The position numbers were made by a program, and so were the translations under genes. Shown here piece by piece: positions 20,099 through 32,200 of a DNA stretch of 64,000 bases. The notes below the pieces were generated by a model that did no database searches, had not been told where the DNA came from, and saw only the letters and a list, made by a program, of their open reading frames with translations. Every line of letters begins with the position of its first letter. Position 1 is the stretch's first letter. The DNA comes from Wickerhamiella versatilis (taxonomy: Eukaryota): the NCBI GenBank assembly GCA_030867685.1, contig JAQOWU010000001.1:62001-126000 (forward strand), given 5' to 3'.

Positions 20099-20855
20099 GA
20101 ACTTGCTCCCATAAAAGGGCGGTAGTGCAGTAATATAGCTTCGGCAATATATTGTTCGGCTTCTCTTCCCGGACATATTAGGGTAGCAACAACTTGCGGG
20201 GTACAAATAATAAACGAACTTATTAGTTTTGGGAGAGGTACACCACTTAACTATTATTCTTAATTTCCAGGTTTTATCAGTTTTCTATATCTTAGCTAGC
20301 CCACGGCATTATCAGCTTAACTCTGTAAAAATTTTCTTGTCAAAAAACTTATGGTGACCTCCGACGATGCAGATACCCAAACCCTTCGTGTTCCGGTTCC
20401 TAGCTCAATATGACACTTGAGGGATGATTTTGTATCCTTTGTTTTATCATTAGATAGCATTTGTACTTTTGGGATACTTCTGGCGCCTCAACTGGTGCAG
20501 GATTTATCAATAGCAGAAGACCCCCTGATATGAGCATGTCAGCAATCACTCGACCGTTGGTGTCTCAGAGGTCCATCTAGCGTGGCCGGCCACATATGTC
20601 AAGTAATTTGCGAATTATAGGCTAGTGGTTGTTCTGGATCTATTGTTAGGTTGAAATGTATGGTGTTACTGGATGGCCTATTGGGATTCGCTCCCTATAT
20701 TATCACCCCGAATATCACCTATACGAAGATTTCGAGCATACGCGCGTAACCCTTAGCCCTTAGTGAAGATCGGAATAGGTTTCATTGCGACTTACCGACT
20801 ATATAATAGAGCTCTGCTTATTGGGAGCGTATCAAATTCTAGAAGATTTTTTATC

Positions 20856-21368
20856 ATGGTGTCTGTTGATATTCTCTCGCTGGTCCAACGTATATGGGTA
20901 TGGGTGGTGTCTGTGCTCGTAATGTCGATGGTCGCAGCAGTGCGGAATGATATTTCCCAGAAGCGTGTTAGCTATATTGTTGCAGCTGGTGCAATTGGCA
21001 CCGGACTTAATATGTTTTGCTTTATTCCAATTGAATTCTTCGAGTTCGCAGGACGAAGATGGATCTTATTTGTTGCCGATACCATCAGCTACTTGCTGTT
21101 CTTTGCAGCTGCAGTAATTGCCTCCGATGATATTAAGACATGCGATGCAGTGGTAAACTCAGGTATTTTGACAGGTAATACGTGTAAAGTCCTTAGGGCT
21201 ACGACGGCATTTGCATGGGTTGGGTTTGCATTTTTGATTCTGCTTTCTATCTATGATCTTTATCTGGCAAAGAAGGGGGGGTCAGGCGTATTTGCAAAGA
21301 AACCAATTATCTCTCCCCTGGGAAAAAAGAGTGGACTCGGAACCAATGAGGAACCCAGCCAAGTTTGA
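20856..21368 (+). CDS. NCE102: Nce102-like MARVEL tetraspan protein
   Basis: ATG at 20856; four hydrophobic segments; RVSY motif; paired Cys in the second loop; C-terminal SQV as in Nce102. Could be a paralog. Confidence 0.7.
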   Translation: MVSVDILSLVQRIWVWVVSVLVMSMVAAVRNDISQKRVSYIVAAGAIGTGLNMFCFIPIEFFEFAGRRWILFVADTISYLLFFAAAVIASDDIKTCDAVVNSGILTGNTCKVLRATTAFAWVGFAFLILLSIYDLYLAKKGGSGVFAKKPIISPLGKKSGLGTNEEPSQV

Positions 21369-21614
21369 AAATGTTCTTTTTAATAATTCACTGTTCTTTT
21401 TTTTTCCCTAGTCCATTCCAATTTGATTCTATTATAGTTCCTACGTTAATTAGGCAGTTCACTTAAAGAATATTGTATAGTCGCATCATCGTTAACAGCG
21501 AGTGCAGTTAGCTATTGCCTGAATTCTTTCTCTAGGTTTGCATCGTACAAAGTAGTAAAGGCTAACAAAAATAATAAACTTTGTAGAAGAGAGGGCTAAT
21601 ACTATTCATTCTCG

Positions 21615-24600
21615 CTAATTCATTTCCATTGGCTCTGCATCATCAGCTTCTTCTTCGCGAGTTGACTGAGTAGGATTTTCTGGCTGTCCCGACGCATCCT
21701 GAGCCTCCTCAGAACCGTTCCTAGCATGATCCTCAGATTTGAGATCTTGGTGATCCTGCGGTTTGGTCTCGGCTATAGATTCAGACTCCCTCTCGCGTAG
21801 TGCGGTCTCGGCTTGAGCTAAGACTTCAGACCAGCGCTTCTTCCGTTCCTCGTGGGCTTCTTGGACCTTACCAGAATCCCGCTGTGACAAATGTGCGATG
21901 TAGTCCGCAGTTCCAGGTTCGAAGAATAGACGATAAGTTTCAAACGCAATACGCGCTTGAAGGTTTTGAGCCACCACAGTAAACGGATAGTCGTCTGGAA
22001 TATCTGCAGGAAGCGATCGCTGCAAGAGAGGTTTCCGGATAGCATCTAACGGCACACCCTCCGTCGGAACACTCAGCATATATGAGGTGACGTAGTATTC
22101 CCATTTTTGCTGTGCACTGTTCAATCCTTTCAGAGTGAGCTCATAAGTGCCGAGGCTTTGGAAATTCAGATTGTGTGAGTTGACATCCCAACTTATACGG
22201 AACATCGATTCCTCTACCCCAATGGCTTGCTTCACGCGCATCCTATATGCTATCTGGTGCTTCAGATCTGTCTCCTTCTCCAGTCGATCCTGCTGCCATG
22301 CTACAAGCATAGCCACACTGGCCTGATCTGTCACCAATGTGTGGACCTGCTTCAGCAGCGATTGAGTGACCTTATCAACAGTGTAGAGCTTGTATGCACG
22401 ATTTCGGTAGCCTTGCCTAAGAGCCTCCTCAAACCATTGAGGTTCAATTTCTTCTCCTAGTAACCGATAACACAAATCAAGGGTTTGCTCATAGCAACTA
22501 CTATTGGCATCATAAGCCAATCCCATGTCTTCTAGTTTTGTGTCATAAAGCTGGAGATCACGTGCAAACTGAGTGGAGTGCGCATTAGCAACATCCTTAT
22601 GAACGACGCTTTCGTAGCTTTTAATCTCAGCCAATCGTGAATAAAGCACGTTGAAGAGTCGCATGAACAGATACAATGTGGTATTTCCGAACATGCTGTA
22701 AGAGTCCCTTCGTCTCGGTGGTTCCTCTAAAGGCGGAACGACGTGCTCAAACCTCAACCAGGAGTCGTCAGGAGGGGGTGACGCCTTGCGAGAATCCGAA
22801 TCATTATTGGGAGAAATTTGAGGTCGTTCTTCGTTTTCCAAAAGGCCTAGCGCTTTTGTAACACTCTTTTCGGGTGGTTCTGTAACAGGATTAAAGAATT
22901 GAGGTACAAAGGACGCCAAAAATTGTCGCATCAGTTCACGATCGTGCGCACTCCATGGTCCTCTGTGCTCCAAGGCTTTGCACGCAAGTTTTATCACGTC
23001 GTGTAGTACCGCACCGTCCTGCACTTCATAAACAAGCTCATCCTTTGGAGGAGGCAGAGGGGCCTGAGTGCGTCTCTTGCCACTTTGCTCTGCTTTTACC
23101 GCCATAATTTCACCAATCAGAGATCTGGAGGTGAGTTGTTTACGGTCTTGCTGCTTGAAAGTGAGCCCAAGATGGTCCAAGGATTTATAAAAGGCTTTCG
23201 ACTCAGCTTCGCGCCAGACTTTATTCCATTCGCGATGAGCACGCTTCCATTCTTCATCCTTCTGCTTTAGTCTTCGTAGAACTATCGGAACTGCCACCGC
23301 GGGGTTTTCGTGAAGTGCTTGGATGACTTCCTTGCCGCTCTTCTTGTCATATATCTTATTGATGATCCGTTGATATATCTTGGTTTCATGGCCTAATCCT
23401 TCAGGTAGCTGGAATTCAGCTTGTTCCTCTGGGCTCATATTGGCGATTCTATTGGCTATTGTCTCCAGAATTTGAATCGTCCTCTGGTTTGCTCCGATGA
23501 AGTGATCATATTCATGGCGCTCTTCCTCAATACGGTACAATGCTTCTTCATATTGATTTTTGCGATGAGCTACATAACCTGAATCCTCTGATGCCCAGGT
23601 AGGATGACCTACCCATTCGTCATTTAGGACCTCCCAGCACAACTCATCCCGTCCACTACACGGCATGTATGTCTCTGCTTTGGGCAGTAACCGATAGCTA
23701 GGACCATACGATCGGCACTGAGACAAGTCAATAAGATGTTTACGATTCGCAACATTCTCAATACGAAGAGGGCGCCCTTCATATCCCACGAATCGCTTGA
23801 ACCAGTTCATTAGGTCTTCGTGTTGGCCGATGAAATTGTGGACCTGCTCCACCAGCGTATTCAAGTCAATTATACGCTGAGTAAATAAATTCAGAACCTT
23901 CAAAAATTCGTGATAAGTTGGTCGTGGCAGCACTTTTCGGGCCTTGTCGAAGAAAGCAATCTCATCGGCCAAGGCAACACCTTTGCGTTGCTGCTGTTGT
24001 TGAAGGGACTGAGGAGCTGGCACAAAAGAACCATCATCACCATGCTGGCTTGACTGGTGGCTTGAGCTTGCACGACTTCCTGGGAGACCTTGCGAGGTAC
24101 TCTGTTGGCCACTAGGAGCAGAGTTGGCTCGAGATGAAGGGGGACCAAAATTGCCCACGGGTGGAAGTCGAGTATCATCAGGAGATGGTGCGACAGCTTC
24201 AGGCAAAAAGTGCTTGAAATCTTCCAAGAGGTCTGGCGCATCTTTGAAGAGTACCGTGACTTGGCTGTACACCTCTGCGATTCGTAACTGCTCTCTCTGG
24301 TAGGTCTGAAGTATTTCGAGAAAGGCCTTATAAGTCTCAGGGCGATCCGCGAATCGATTCTTTATCTTGTTGACAAATGAGATGGCTTGATTAAACTCGA
24401 TAGGGCCACCACTTCGGGGAGGTGTTGCCTGGCTAACTGCCTGTGCGGGCTGGGGAGCTTGAGCAGGAGTTACCGGAGGGGGTTGTTGCTGTGGTTGTTG
24501 CTGCTGCTGCTGCTGCTCTTGCTGTTGCTGCTGCTGCTGCTGTTGCTGCTGTTGCTGCTGTTGCTGTTGTTGCTGCTGCTGTTGCTGTTGGGCACGCATT

Positions 24601-25772
24601 TGAGGTAGCGTTTGAGAGCCCATTGGAGTCGTTACTCGTATAGGATTCGGGTCATGGGGGTCTAGCGAGCACTCAATCCGATACCCTTCCGGTAGGAATG
24701 CATTAAACCCCTGGATGAGAGAAACATGGCCTCGGAACAGACTTGAAACTCTGTCAATCACTCCAGGCGTGTCGATGTTATGACTCTTGAAATCTTTCAT
24801 GATATCCAGGAAATGATTGTAAACGTCAGGCTGGTTCCGAAAATGCAACTTGACCTGGTCAAGATACGAAAGTGCATCGGTGACATTAAGTGGCCTGTAC
24901 TCTCCTGTATGTATGCCTTCTGACGATCCAGAAGGCGCGCTGCCTGGATGTGGAACGCCTGGAGGATGTTGAGGCCCTGGGGCTACAAAATTTAAGTGGG
25001 ACGGTTGCTGGCCAGCCCCATACTGGTACATGGGCATGTATTGCACGGGTGCACCCGGAATCTGCGACGGCTGCATCATCTGCATCTGTGGGGCTTGCTG
25101 CTGAGGGGGGGGCATTTGGCCCGAGGGTTGCACTGGCAGCTGAGTCTGATATGCTGAGTGCACAATCTGTTGCTGCTGTTGAGCCGGCTGAGATGGCTGA
25201 GCTGGCTGAGCTTGGGGTTGCATTTGTTGCTGCATGTGCTTAGCTTGATACTGTGGCACTCCTGGTTGCTGTCCCTGCTGCAGTGGGAAGGAGTTCGAAG
25301 GTTGCGATTGGAGAGGGAGACTAGGACCCTGCGGTTGTGGGGTTTGAGGGCCTGAACTTACCTGAGAGCTCATTTGCGAGCTCTGTGGGGCCGAGCTTGG
25401 CGGTGGATTTGTACCACTTCCGTGACTTACTGGCCTCACTTGTCCCTGGGGCGGTATATGAGGAACCTGTACTTGACTTGGATGGCCTTGAGGTACAGAT
25501 ATCGAAGGGGTAGGGCTAGCTGTCTCTTGCTTTACTTCGGGAAGAGCATAGCGGTTTATTGAAGGTAGCTGTATTCCATGGTTATGCTGACCTTGAGGTC
25601 CATGCTGGGGCTGGGGCTCGCCGGTGATAGGAGCCAAAGGATGTGACACTTGCGGCGACTGTGCTCCATTATTAGATCCTCCATTACCGGATACTATAGA
25701 AGAAGCAGGGGGGAGGCTTTGTCCGTTCTCTGAGCCCGTGTGCCGCGAGGTGTGCTCATTCCAGTTGGACAT
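21615..25772 (-). CDS. SIN3: Sin3 transcriptional corepressor
   Basis: PAH1 DALSYLDQVK, PAH2 AISFVNKIKNRF, PAH3, HID GPSYRLLPK...CSGRDELC, C-terminal YTVDK. First ATG at 25772. Confidence 0.96.
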   Translation of the reverse strand: MSNWNEHTSRHTGSENGQSLPPASSIVSGNGGSNNGAQSPQVSHPLAPITGEPQPQHGPQGQHNHGIQLPSINRYALPEVKQETASPTPSISVPQGHPSQVQVPHIPPQGQVRPVSHGSGTNPPPSSAPQSSQMSSQVSSGPQTPQPQGPSLPLQSQPSNSFPLQQGQQPGVPQYQAKHMQQQMQPQAQPAQPSQPAQQQQQIVHSAYQTQLPVQPSGQMPPPQQQAPQMQMMQPSQIPGAPVQYMPMYQYGAGQQPSHLNFVAPGPQHPPGVPHPGSAPSGSSEGIHTGEYRPLNVTDALSYLDQVKLHFRNQPDVYNHFLDIMKDFKSHNIDTPGVIDRVSSLFRGHVSLIQGFNAFLPEGYRIECSLDPHDPNPIRVTTPMGSQTLPQMRAQQQQQQQQQQQQQQQQQQQQQQQQEQQQQQQQPQQQPPPVTPAQAPQPAQAVSQATPPRSGGPIEFNQAISFVNKIKNRFADRPETYKAFLEILQTYQREQLRIAEVYSQVTVLFKDAPDLLEDFKHFLPEAVAPSPDDTRLPPVGNFGPPSSRANSAPSGQQSTSQGLPGSRASSSHQSSQHGDDGSFVPAPQSLQQQQQRKGVALADEIAFFDKARKVLPRPTYHEFLKVLNLFTQRIIDLNTLVEQVHNFIGQHEDLMNWFKRFVGYEGRPLRIENVANRKHLIDLSQCRSYGPSYRLLPKAETYMPCSGRDELCWEVLNDEWVGHPTWASEDSGYVAHRKNQYEEALYRIEEERHEYDHFIGANQRTIQILETIANRIANMSPEEQAEFQLPEGLGHETKIYQRIINKIYDKKSGKEVIQALHENPAVAVPIVLRRLKQKDEEWKRAHREWNKVWREAESKAFYKSLDHLGLTFKQQDRKQLTSRSLIGEIMAVKAEQSGKRRTQAPLPPPKDELVYEVQDGAVLHDVIKLACKALEHRGPWSAHDRELMRQFLASFVPQFFNPVTEPPEKSVTKALGLLENEERPQISPNNDSDSRKASPPPDDSWLRFEHVVPPLEEPPRRRDSYSMFGNTTLYLFMRLFNVLYSRLAEIKSYESVVHKDVANAHSTQFARDLQLYDTKLEDMGLAYDANSSCYEQTLDLCYRLLGEEIEPQWFEEALRQGYRNRAYKLYTVDKVTQSLLKQVHTLVTDQASVAMLVAWQQDRLEKETDLKHQIAYRMRVKQAIGVEESMFRISWDVNSHNLNFQSLGTYELTLKGLNSAQQKWEYYVTSYMLSVPTEGVPLDAIRKPLLQRSLPADIPDDYPFTVVAQNLQARIAFETYRLFFEPGTADYIAHLSQRDSGKVQEAHEERKKRWSEVLAQAETALRERESESIAETKPQDHQDLKSEDHARNGSEEAQDASGQPENPTQSTREEEADDAEPMEMN
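24483..24590 (-). repeat. CAG/CAA trinucleotide tract encoding polyglutamine in Sin3
   Basis: Interrupted (CTG/TTG)n on the + strand, between PAH1 and PAH2. Confidence 0.95.
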
Positions 25773-26489
25773 TTCACCAAACCAGAATACACTGCTGACT
25801 ACGCCGTTTGTCAGTGATCGTTGAACACATGATGGCCGACAAAACACGGGAATATCTACATAAACATCCTATGTGCCTTCGATTTTTATTTTATAGCGAA
25901 TGTGAGTTTTCGTCCTACTAAGGATAGCTGCCCGATCATTATGAACCTGATATGATATTTAACCCAATTTATGAATGCAATTTAGCTTACTTTTATTTAG
26001 ACATTTGTCTTGGAAATCCTTCAAATCACTCCAGCCTGAAAAGAGGAAAAAGTCAAGGATGCAATGATACCATTTTCTTGCAACGACACGAAGGCTTCTA
26101 TTGTCATGAAACACGACGACATTTACGAAACAAATTCACGATTTCTAATGCGAGCTAGGCCGTTGAGTCAAAAAGATAGGGACCAGATGGAATGGCAGAA
26201 TTCCCTAGTAAACTTTCAAGACTTCTGAAATCAAAAGATCGATTCATTAACCCGAGACTAGATAGTATCTGTTTATTTTACATTTTTGACGTTTAACAAA
26301 TACTGTAGCGACTAGTGCTAATTTATTCACAGGAATACATACATGTTTTCTTTTTTTTAAAAAAACTAGTCTCTCATAGCAACCATAGGTGGAAGGACAC
26401 TAACTCACTGAAGCGACGCCATGTAATACTTGGCACTCGCGTGGGAACCGCTGACACATAACCGAATAAGCAGTGCTTGTCAGGAAAAT

Positions 26490-26846
26490 ATGAATGCACC
26501 TGATCGGTTCGAGCTCTTCCTGCTGCCAGATGGTGTCTCCAAAGTTACGGTTTCGCCTGACCAGCGTATGCCAAATGCTGCGGTTATGAAATTTGAGCGC
26601 GAGGACCACACGCTGGGAAATCTACTCACACACCAATTAAACGAGGATCCCCGGGTAATTTATGCTGCCTACAAAGTTGAGCACCCACTTTTTGCGAATT
26701 TTGTGATGCGCATTCAGACGGAGGATGGATACACACCACGTGAAGCACTTAAGGCTGCGTGTAATAACCTCATCGGACATTTGGGAGTATTGACGCAGAA
26801 GTTTCGGTCTGAGTACGGTCTGAAGGCAATATTGGGCGAAGAGTAA
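26490..26846 (+). CDS. RPB11: RNA polymerase II subunit Rpb11
   Basis: MNAPDRFELFLL from ATG 26490; EDHTLGNLL; AAYKVEHP. Confidence 0.97.
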   Translation: MNAPDRFELFLLPDGVSKVTVSPDQRMPNAAVMKFEREDHTLGNLLTHQLNEDPRVIYAAYKVEHPLFANFVMRIQTEDGYTPREALKAACNNLIGHLGVLTQKFRSEYGLKAILGEE

Positions 26847-28895
26847 ATAAATATTTATTATTGCAAGGTACGCGTGTAGACAAAATTGCCCTTTTCTGAG
26901 ATTGTGTGAGACCAGCGGGGCATCGAGGCTGTGTTGAAAACTTCGAAATAATCACGATATAACTAACCACATCAACATGGATAAACGGTAAATACCAGTG
27001 TATTACTCTAGTTGAAATTAAAAAGCCGACATTTCCTAAGGCGACAAACAGCGGGTATAAGTTCATCCAGTCAGTATGCAACATAGATATTCGAATGCCA
27101 TAAGCGGCATTTCCAGTTCCAAAAAGAAAAGGCTTAAAATTGGCGTATGGTTGGATATGTAGCGTAGCTTTCTCGTGACATATGGTGGTTAAATTCGTAA
27201 GGAAGACTCCAGCGTGACATAACCTGATTACACGATAATTAGCGCGAATGAAGTACCTAATCCCGGTTTTCATTTTTTGTTTTCAAGTACATACTTAGGA
27301 ACCAAGTAAGCTATGGTGGAGTTTATATGAGACAGAAGCCACTGCCTCACTTTGAAAGGTCAAGGGAATATATAATTCACGTTAGATAGTAGAGCGGATA
27401 TGCATCACGGAAAAGCCCGAAAAGCACATATCCAACCCTGAATAAAAAACTGAGCTAGAGGTTAACCGCAGTGAAAGCAAGGTCAATAATCAACAGGATT
27501 TAATCCCACCCTTCCCCTACACAGTAGCGCCGTGGCATATTCTCGATCTTTAATGATGAGCCTCGTCTGCCGGGGGTACTAAAGTAATGCACGATTAACA
27601 ATCATATGTGCAGTATTTACACATTAATCTGCATGTGTCTTCCGGTAGAACTAGTTCCTCCGGCCATATTAGAACAAATTGAAAGTAGCTAATTAGAAAA
27701 ATACCGGACAGCAAATCGTATGTCGTAGTATGTCTGCATGAGACTATAAAGAACTATAGGGACACATCTCTGGCTTATGACAAGAATGAAGCTACAGAAA
27801 GGACTAGTATCTATGACCACATGATAGATCTTAAAATGTACACATATTTTGGCCGATCACATAACAAAATCGATAGCTCCGAACACAAGCATGAAAACTT
27901 TTATTCGGACTATACCACTTTAAAATTTACACTGAGACAAGTTCGAGAGGCAGAGTAGGAAACCATTCTAAGCATAAAAAATTATATCAAGCAATGGAAA
28001 GTCGAAAGATGCGGCGATTACTGTAACACTTGCGCCTCTCGGGTCCCGGCCGTGAAGCATTCCGCGATCTACACCGCATAACACTAACCCATATACGTAA
28101 ATCAACATGCGCTCACAGTCTTTTCACATTTTCTTGGAATAAAAGTAAAGCCGGATTCTGACGACGCAGGGAAAAACATTAAAACAACTAAAATGCGATA
28201 TTACGGCAAATATGTTTTTTATCGGGCATCGTTCATCAATTGACATATGCGTTATGCTCAGTTACTAACGGTCGGGTGAGACTCACCGATATCTTACGGT
28301 TTGTTTGCCTGGCACCAATCGATCGTAATAGAAGAAATAGCAAGCGTGGATCCAAGATTTTCAAGGAAATCTTCAACTAGTCTCAGGTAGTGAAATGGAC
28401 TGAATAAAAAGTACGCTATTTTTGTACGATTAATTCTCTACGTAAAAAAACAACAACCTCCGAATCTTTATCTTATATCTAGACTCATTGCTCAAAGATC
28501 GAAAAGGACAATCATGTCACGACGATGACGATTAAAACTTATGAATGCATGCTTATCTTGAGATCAACGCTTGTGCGCTTTGACACCTACCAGCGAACTA
28601 TTAATGTGGTGGAGGCGAAGAAGACGTATTTTCTAGCGAGTATTAGAGATGAAAGAAGAAATTTCGTTTCATTTATCTACAAATAAAAAACCTATTATCA
28701 ACTCAGACCCTGGTCGTGTCAAGTGCAGAATTTATAACGCAGATCACTGTGGATCGCTACCATGAGACACTGACACCTTTTACCTTAATTTTTTGATACA
28801 TAGGTCAAGAATGTCCAAAGAACTGTTTTTCCTTAATTCCAATTCAAGACCATCTGCCACAAAAAAAACCGTAGAACATTCCTGCAGATCGTTAG

Positions 28896-28919
28896 GTCAT
28901 CGTCATCGTCATCGTCATC
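28896..28919. repeat. (GTCATC)4 microsatellite
   Basis: Four perfect hexamer copies about 350 nt upstream of the adhesin-like ATG. Confidence 0.9.
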
Positions 28920-29264
28920 CATCGCGCGTCAATTTTCGAATAAGCACTTTTAGAACTGAGATCGACATAATATCCTAAAGACGAAAAACCTACACACACC
29001 ATTATATACCTAAGTGAGAAATATCCAAAGCGCTAGAAACTCGACTCCTTTTTATCTAATAACATTATATCTCGCGGTATGTAAATGTGTCAGCACGCAC
29101 GCACACGCGCACCCAACCCTAGTATTCAAGCGCATCCGACGTCTCTAGATGCACAAAACAGTGAATATGTAATAAATGGGCTAGGTCATACATCTGATGT
29201 ACAGAGCGTTTATATATATATCATCTCAGACATACCAGTTTAACCAGTAAACGTCGCAGGTAGT

Positions 29265-32200
29265 ATGGCCCAGATGTTACGAACCTTTGGCATGCTAGGT
29301 GCACTGGGAAGCACTTTAGCAGCCCAAGGATTCAGTCAAGCTGCATCTGATGGTGTGACATGCTATTCTACTTCAGTAGTCTCATCAGGCGGAGGGTGTA
29401 CTTGCACCTCAGGCCTTGGAGACACTGCGTCAAAACTAATTCAAGATACCCAAAGTTTGTTGAAGGATGCGTCGGCAGCAAGCGTCAGTAACCAGACTCT
29501 ACCATATCAACTTGCTGCTATCGCGTCAGGCATCGACGACTTTATGAAAGTTACAAGCGACGTTGATTGTCTCAGCGCCGAAGCTTCTAATGATTTGCTT
29601 GGCGAATTTGGTAATGTGATTGTAGGGTACACAAAGATACTCGACTCACTTGCCAGTCTTCCTGCTGAGGATTACGAATGGTGTAAGACATGGATTCCAT
29701 CAATCAACTCCGCAGACAAAGAATTAGACCAACTGATATCTAAATACAATTCCTGGCTCTCCCAGAATTCTTGCTGTGTTAATTGTGGTTCCGTTGCTGA
29801 AGTTAATGCTGACCTCCAACAGCTTAACTCAGTAGTAACAAAACTGGGAAGCGTATTCCAGGTATCGGTTGTTGAAATTGACTCGCTTACTGTTTGTAGC
29901 AATGGTAAGCCAGAATGTTCATCAACATCAACGATCATAGTACCTTATCCCTGCACACAGAGCACCACTGGTACAGTGCCACTGCCCAGCAGTACCATAT
30001 CTCCCTCGATACCCACAAGTAGATCACACTCCGGTAGTACCTTGTCTACAGGAAGCAAAAAGTCCTCTGTTGTTTCCTCTAAGATACCCTCGACAAGTTC
30101 ATCTATCCCATATACCCCGTCCTCTCTATCTTCTCGAAGCTCTACAGCTTCCAGTGGATCATCATCTGTCGGTCCTATTGGTCCTAGTGGCACCACTGCC
30201 TCTAGCAAGCCATCTAGCTCAGGCAGCTCGACTGTCTCTAGTGGCTCTTCTGTCTTTAGTGGATCTTCTGCCTCTAGCAAGCCAACAAGCTCAGGCAGCT
30301 CGACTGTCTCTAGTGGCTCTTCTGCCTCTAGCAAGCCAACAAGCTCCGGCAGCTCAACTGTCGGTCCTATTGGTCCTAGTGGCACCACTGTCTCTAGCAA
30401 GCCAACAAGCTCTGGCAGCTCGCCTGTCTCTAGTGGCACCACTGCCTCTAGCAAGCCAACTAGCTCGGGTAGCTCGCCTGTCTCTAGTGGCACCACTGCC
30501 TCTAGCAAGCCAACTAGCTCGGATAGCTCGACTGTCTCTAGTGGCTCTTCTGCCTCTAGTGCATCTTCTGCCTCTAGTGCATCTTCTGCCTCTAGTGGAT
30601 CTTCTGCCTCTAGCAAGCCAACAAGCTCCGGCAGCTCAACTGTCTCCAGTGTAACATCAACTGTCGGTCCTATTGGTCCTAGTGGCACCACTGCCTCTAG
30701 CAAGCCAACAAGCTCCGGCAGCTCAACTGTCGGTCCTATTGGTCCTAGTGGCACCACTGCCTCTAGCAAGCCATCTAGCTCAGGCAGCTCGACTGTCTCT
30801 AGTGGCTCTTCTGCCTCTAGTGGATCTTCTGCCTCTAGCAAGCCAACAAGCTCTGGCAGCTCGACTGTCTCTAGTGGCACCACTGCCTCTAGCAAGCCAT
30901 CTAGCTCAGGTAGCTCGCCTGTTCCTAGCAGCTCCGCTTCCTCTAGCAAGCCGGCTAGCTCAGGTAGCTCGACTGCCTCCAGTGTAACATCAACTGTCGG
31001 TCCTATTGGTCCTAGTGGCACCAATGCCTCTAGCAAGCCAACTAGCTCGGGTAGCTCGACTGTCTCTAGTGGATCTTCTGCCTCTAGCAAGCCAACAAGC
31101 TCGGGTAGCTCACCTGTTCCTAGTAGCTCTGCTTCCTCCAGCAAGCCAGCTAGCTCAGGCAGCTCGACTGTTCCTAGTAGCTCCGGGTCCTCTAGCAAGC
31201 CATCTAGCTCAGGTAGCTCGACTGTCTCTAGTGGCTCTTCTGCCTCTAGTGGATCTTCTGCCTCTAGCAAGCCAACAAGCTCCGGCAGCTCGCCTGTCTC
31301 TAGTGGCACCACTGCATCTAGCAAGCCAACAAGCTCGGGTAGCTTGACTGTCTCTAGTGGCTCTTCTGCCTCTAGCAAGCCAACAAGCTCTGGCAGCTCG
31401 ACTGTCTCTAGTGGCACCACTGCCTCTAGCAAGCCAACAAGCTCCGGCAGCTCGCCCGTCTCTAGTGGCTCTTCTGCCTCTAGCAAGCCAACTAGCTCGG
31501 GTAGCTCGACTGTCTCCAGTGTGACATCAACTGTCGGTCCTATTGGTCCTAGTGGCACCACTGCCTCTAGCAAGCCAACTAGCTCGGGTAGCTCGACTGT
31601 CTCCAGTGTGACATCAACTGTCGGTCCTATTGGTCCTAGTGGCACGACTGCCTCTAGCAAGCCAACCAGCTCTGGCAGCTCGACTGTCTCTAGTGGCTCT
31701 TCTGTCTCTAGCAAGCCAACAAGCTCTGGCAGCTCGACTGTCTCTAGTGGCTCTTCTGCCTCTAGTGGATCTTCTGCCTCTAGCAAGCCAACAAGCTCTG
31801 GCAGCTCGACTGTCTCCAGTGTAACATCAACTGTCGGTCCTATTGGTCCTAGTGGCACCACTGCCTCTAGCAAGCCAACCAGCTCGGGTAGCTCGACTGT
31901 CTCTAGTGGCTCTTCTGCCTCTAGCAAGCCAACAAGCTCTGGTAGCTCGCCTGTTCCTAGCAGCTCCGCTTCCTCTAGCAAGCCGGCTAGCTCAGGTAGC
32001 TCGACTGCCTCCAGTGTAACATCAACTGTCGGTCCTATTGGTCCTAGTGGCACCACTGCCTCTAGCAAGCCATCTAGCTCAGGCAGCTCGACTGTCTCTA
32101 GTGGCTCTTCTGCCTCTAGCAAGCCAACAAGCTCAGGCAGCTCACCTGTTTCTAGTGGCACCACTGCCTCTAGCAAGCCAACAAGCTCTGGTAGCTCGCC

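Noticed and set aside
26770-27273. 167-aa minus-strand ORF
   Set aside because: Overlaps the RPB11 3' end and has no recognisable motifs.
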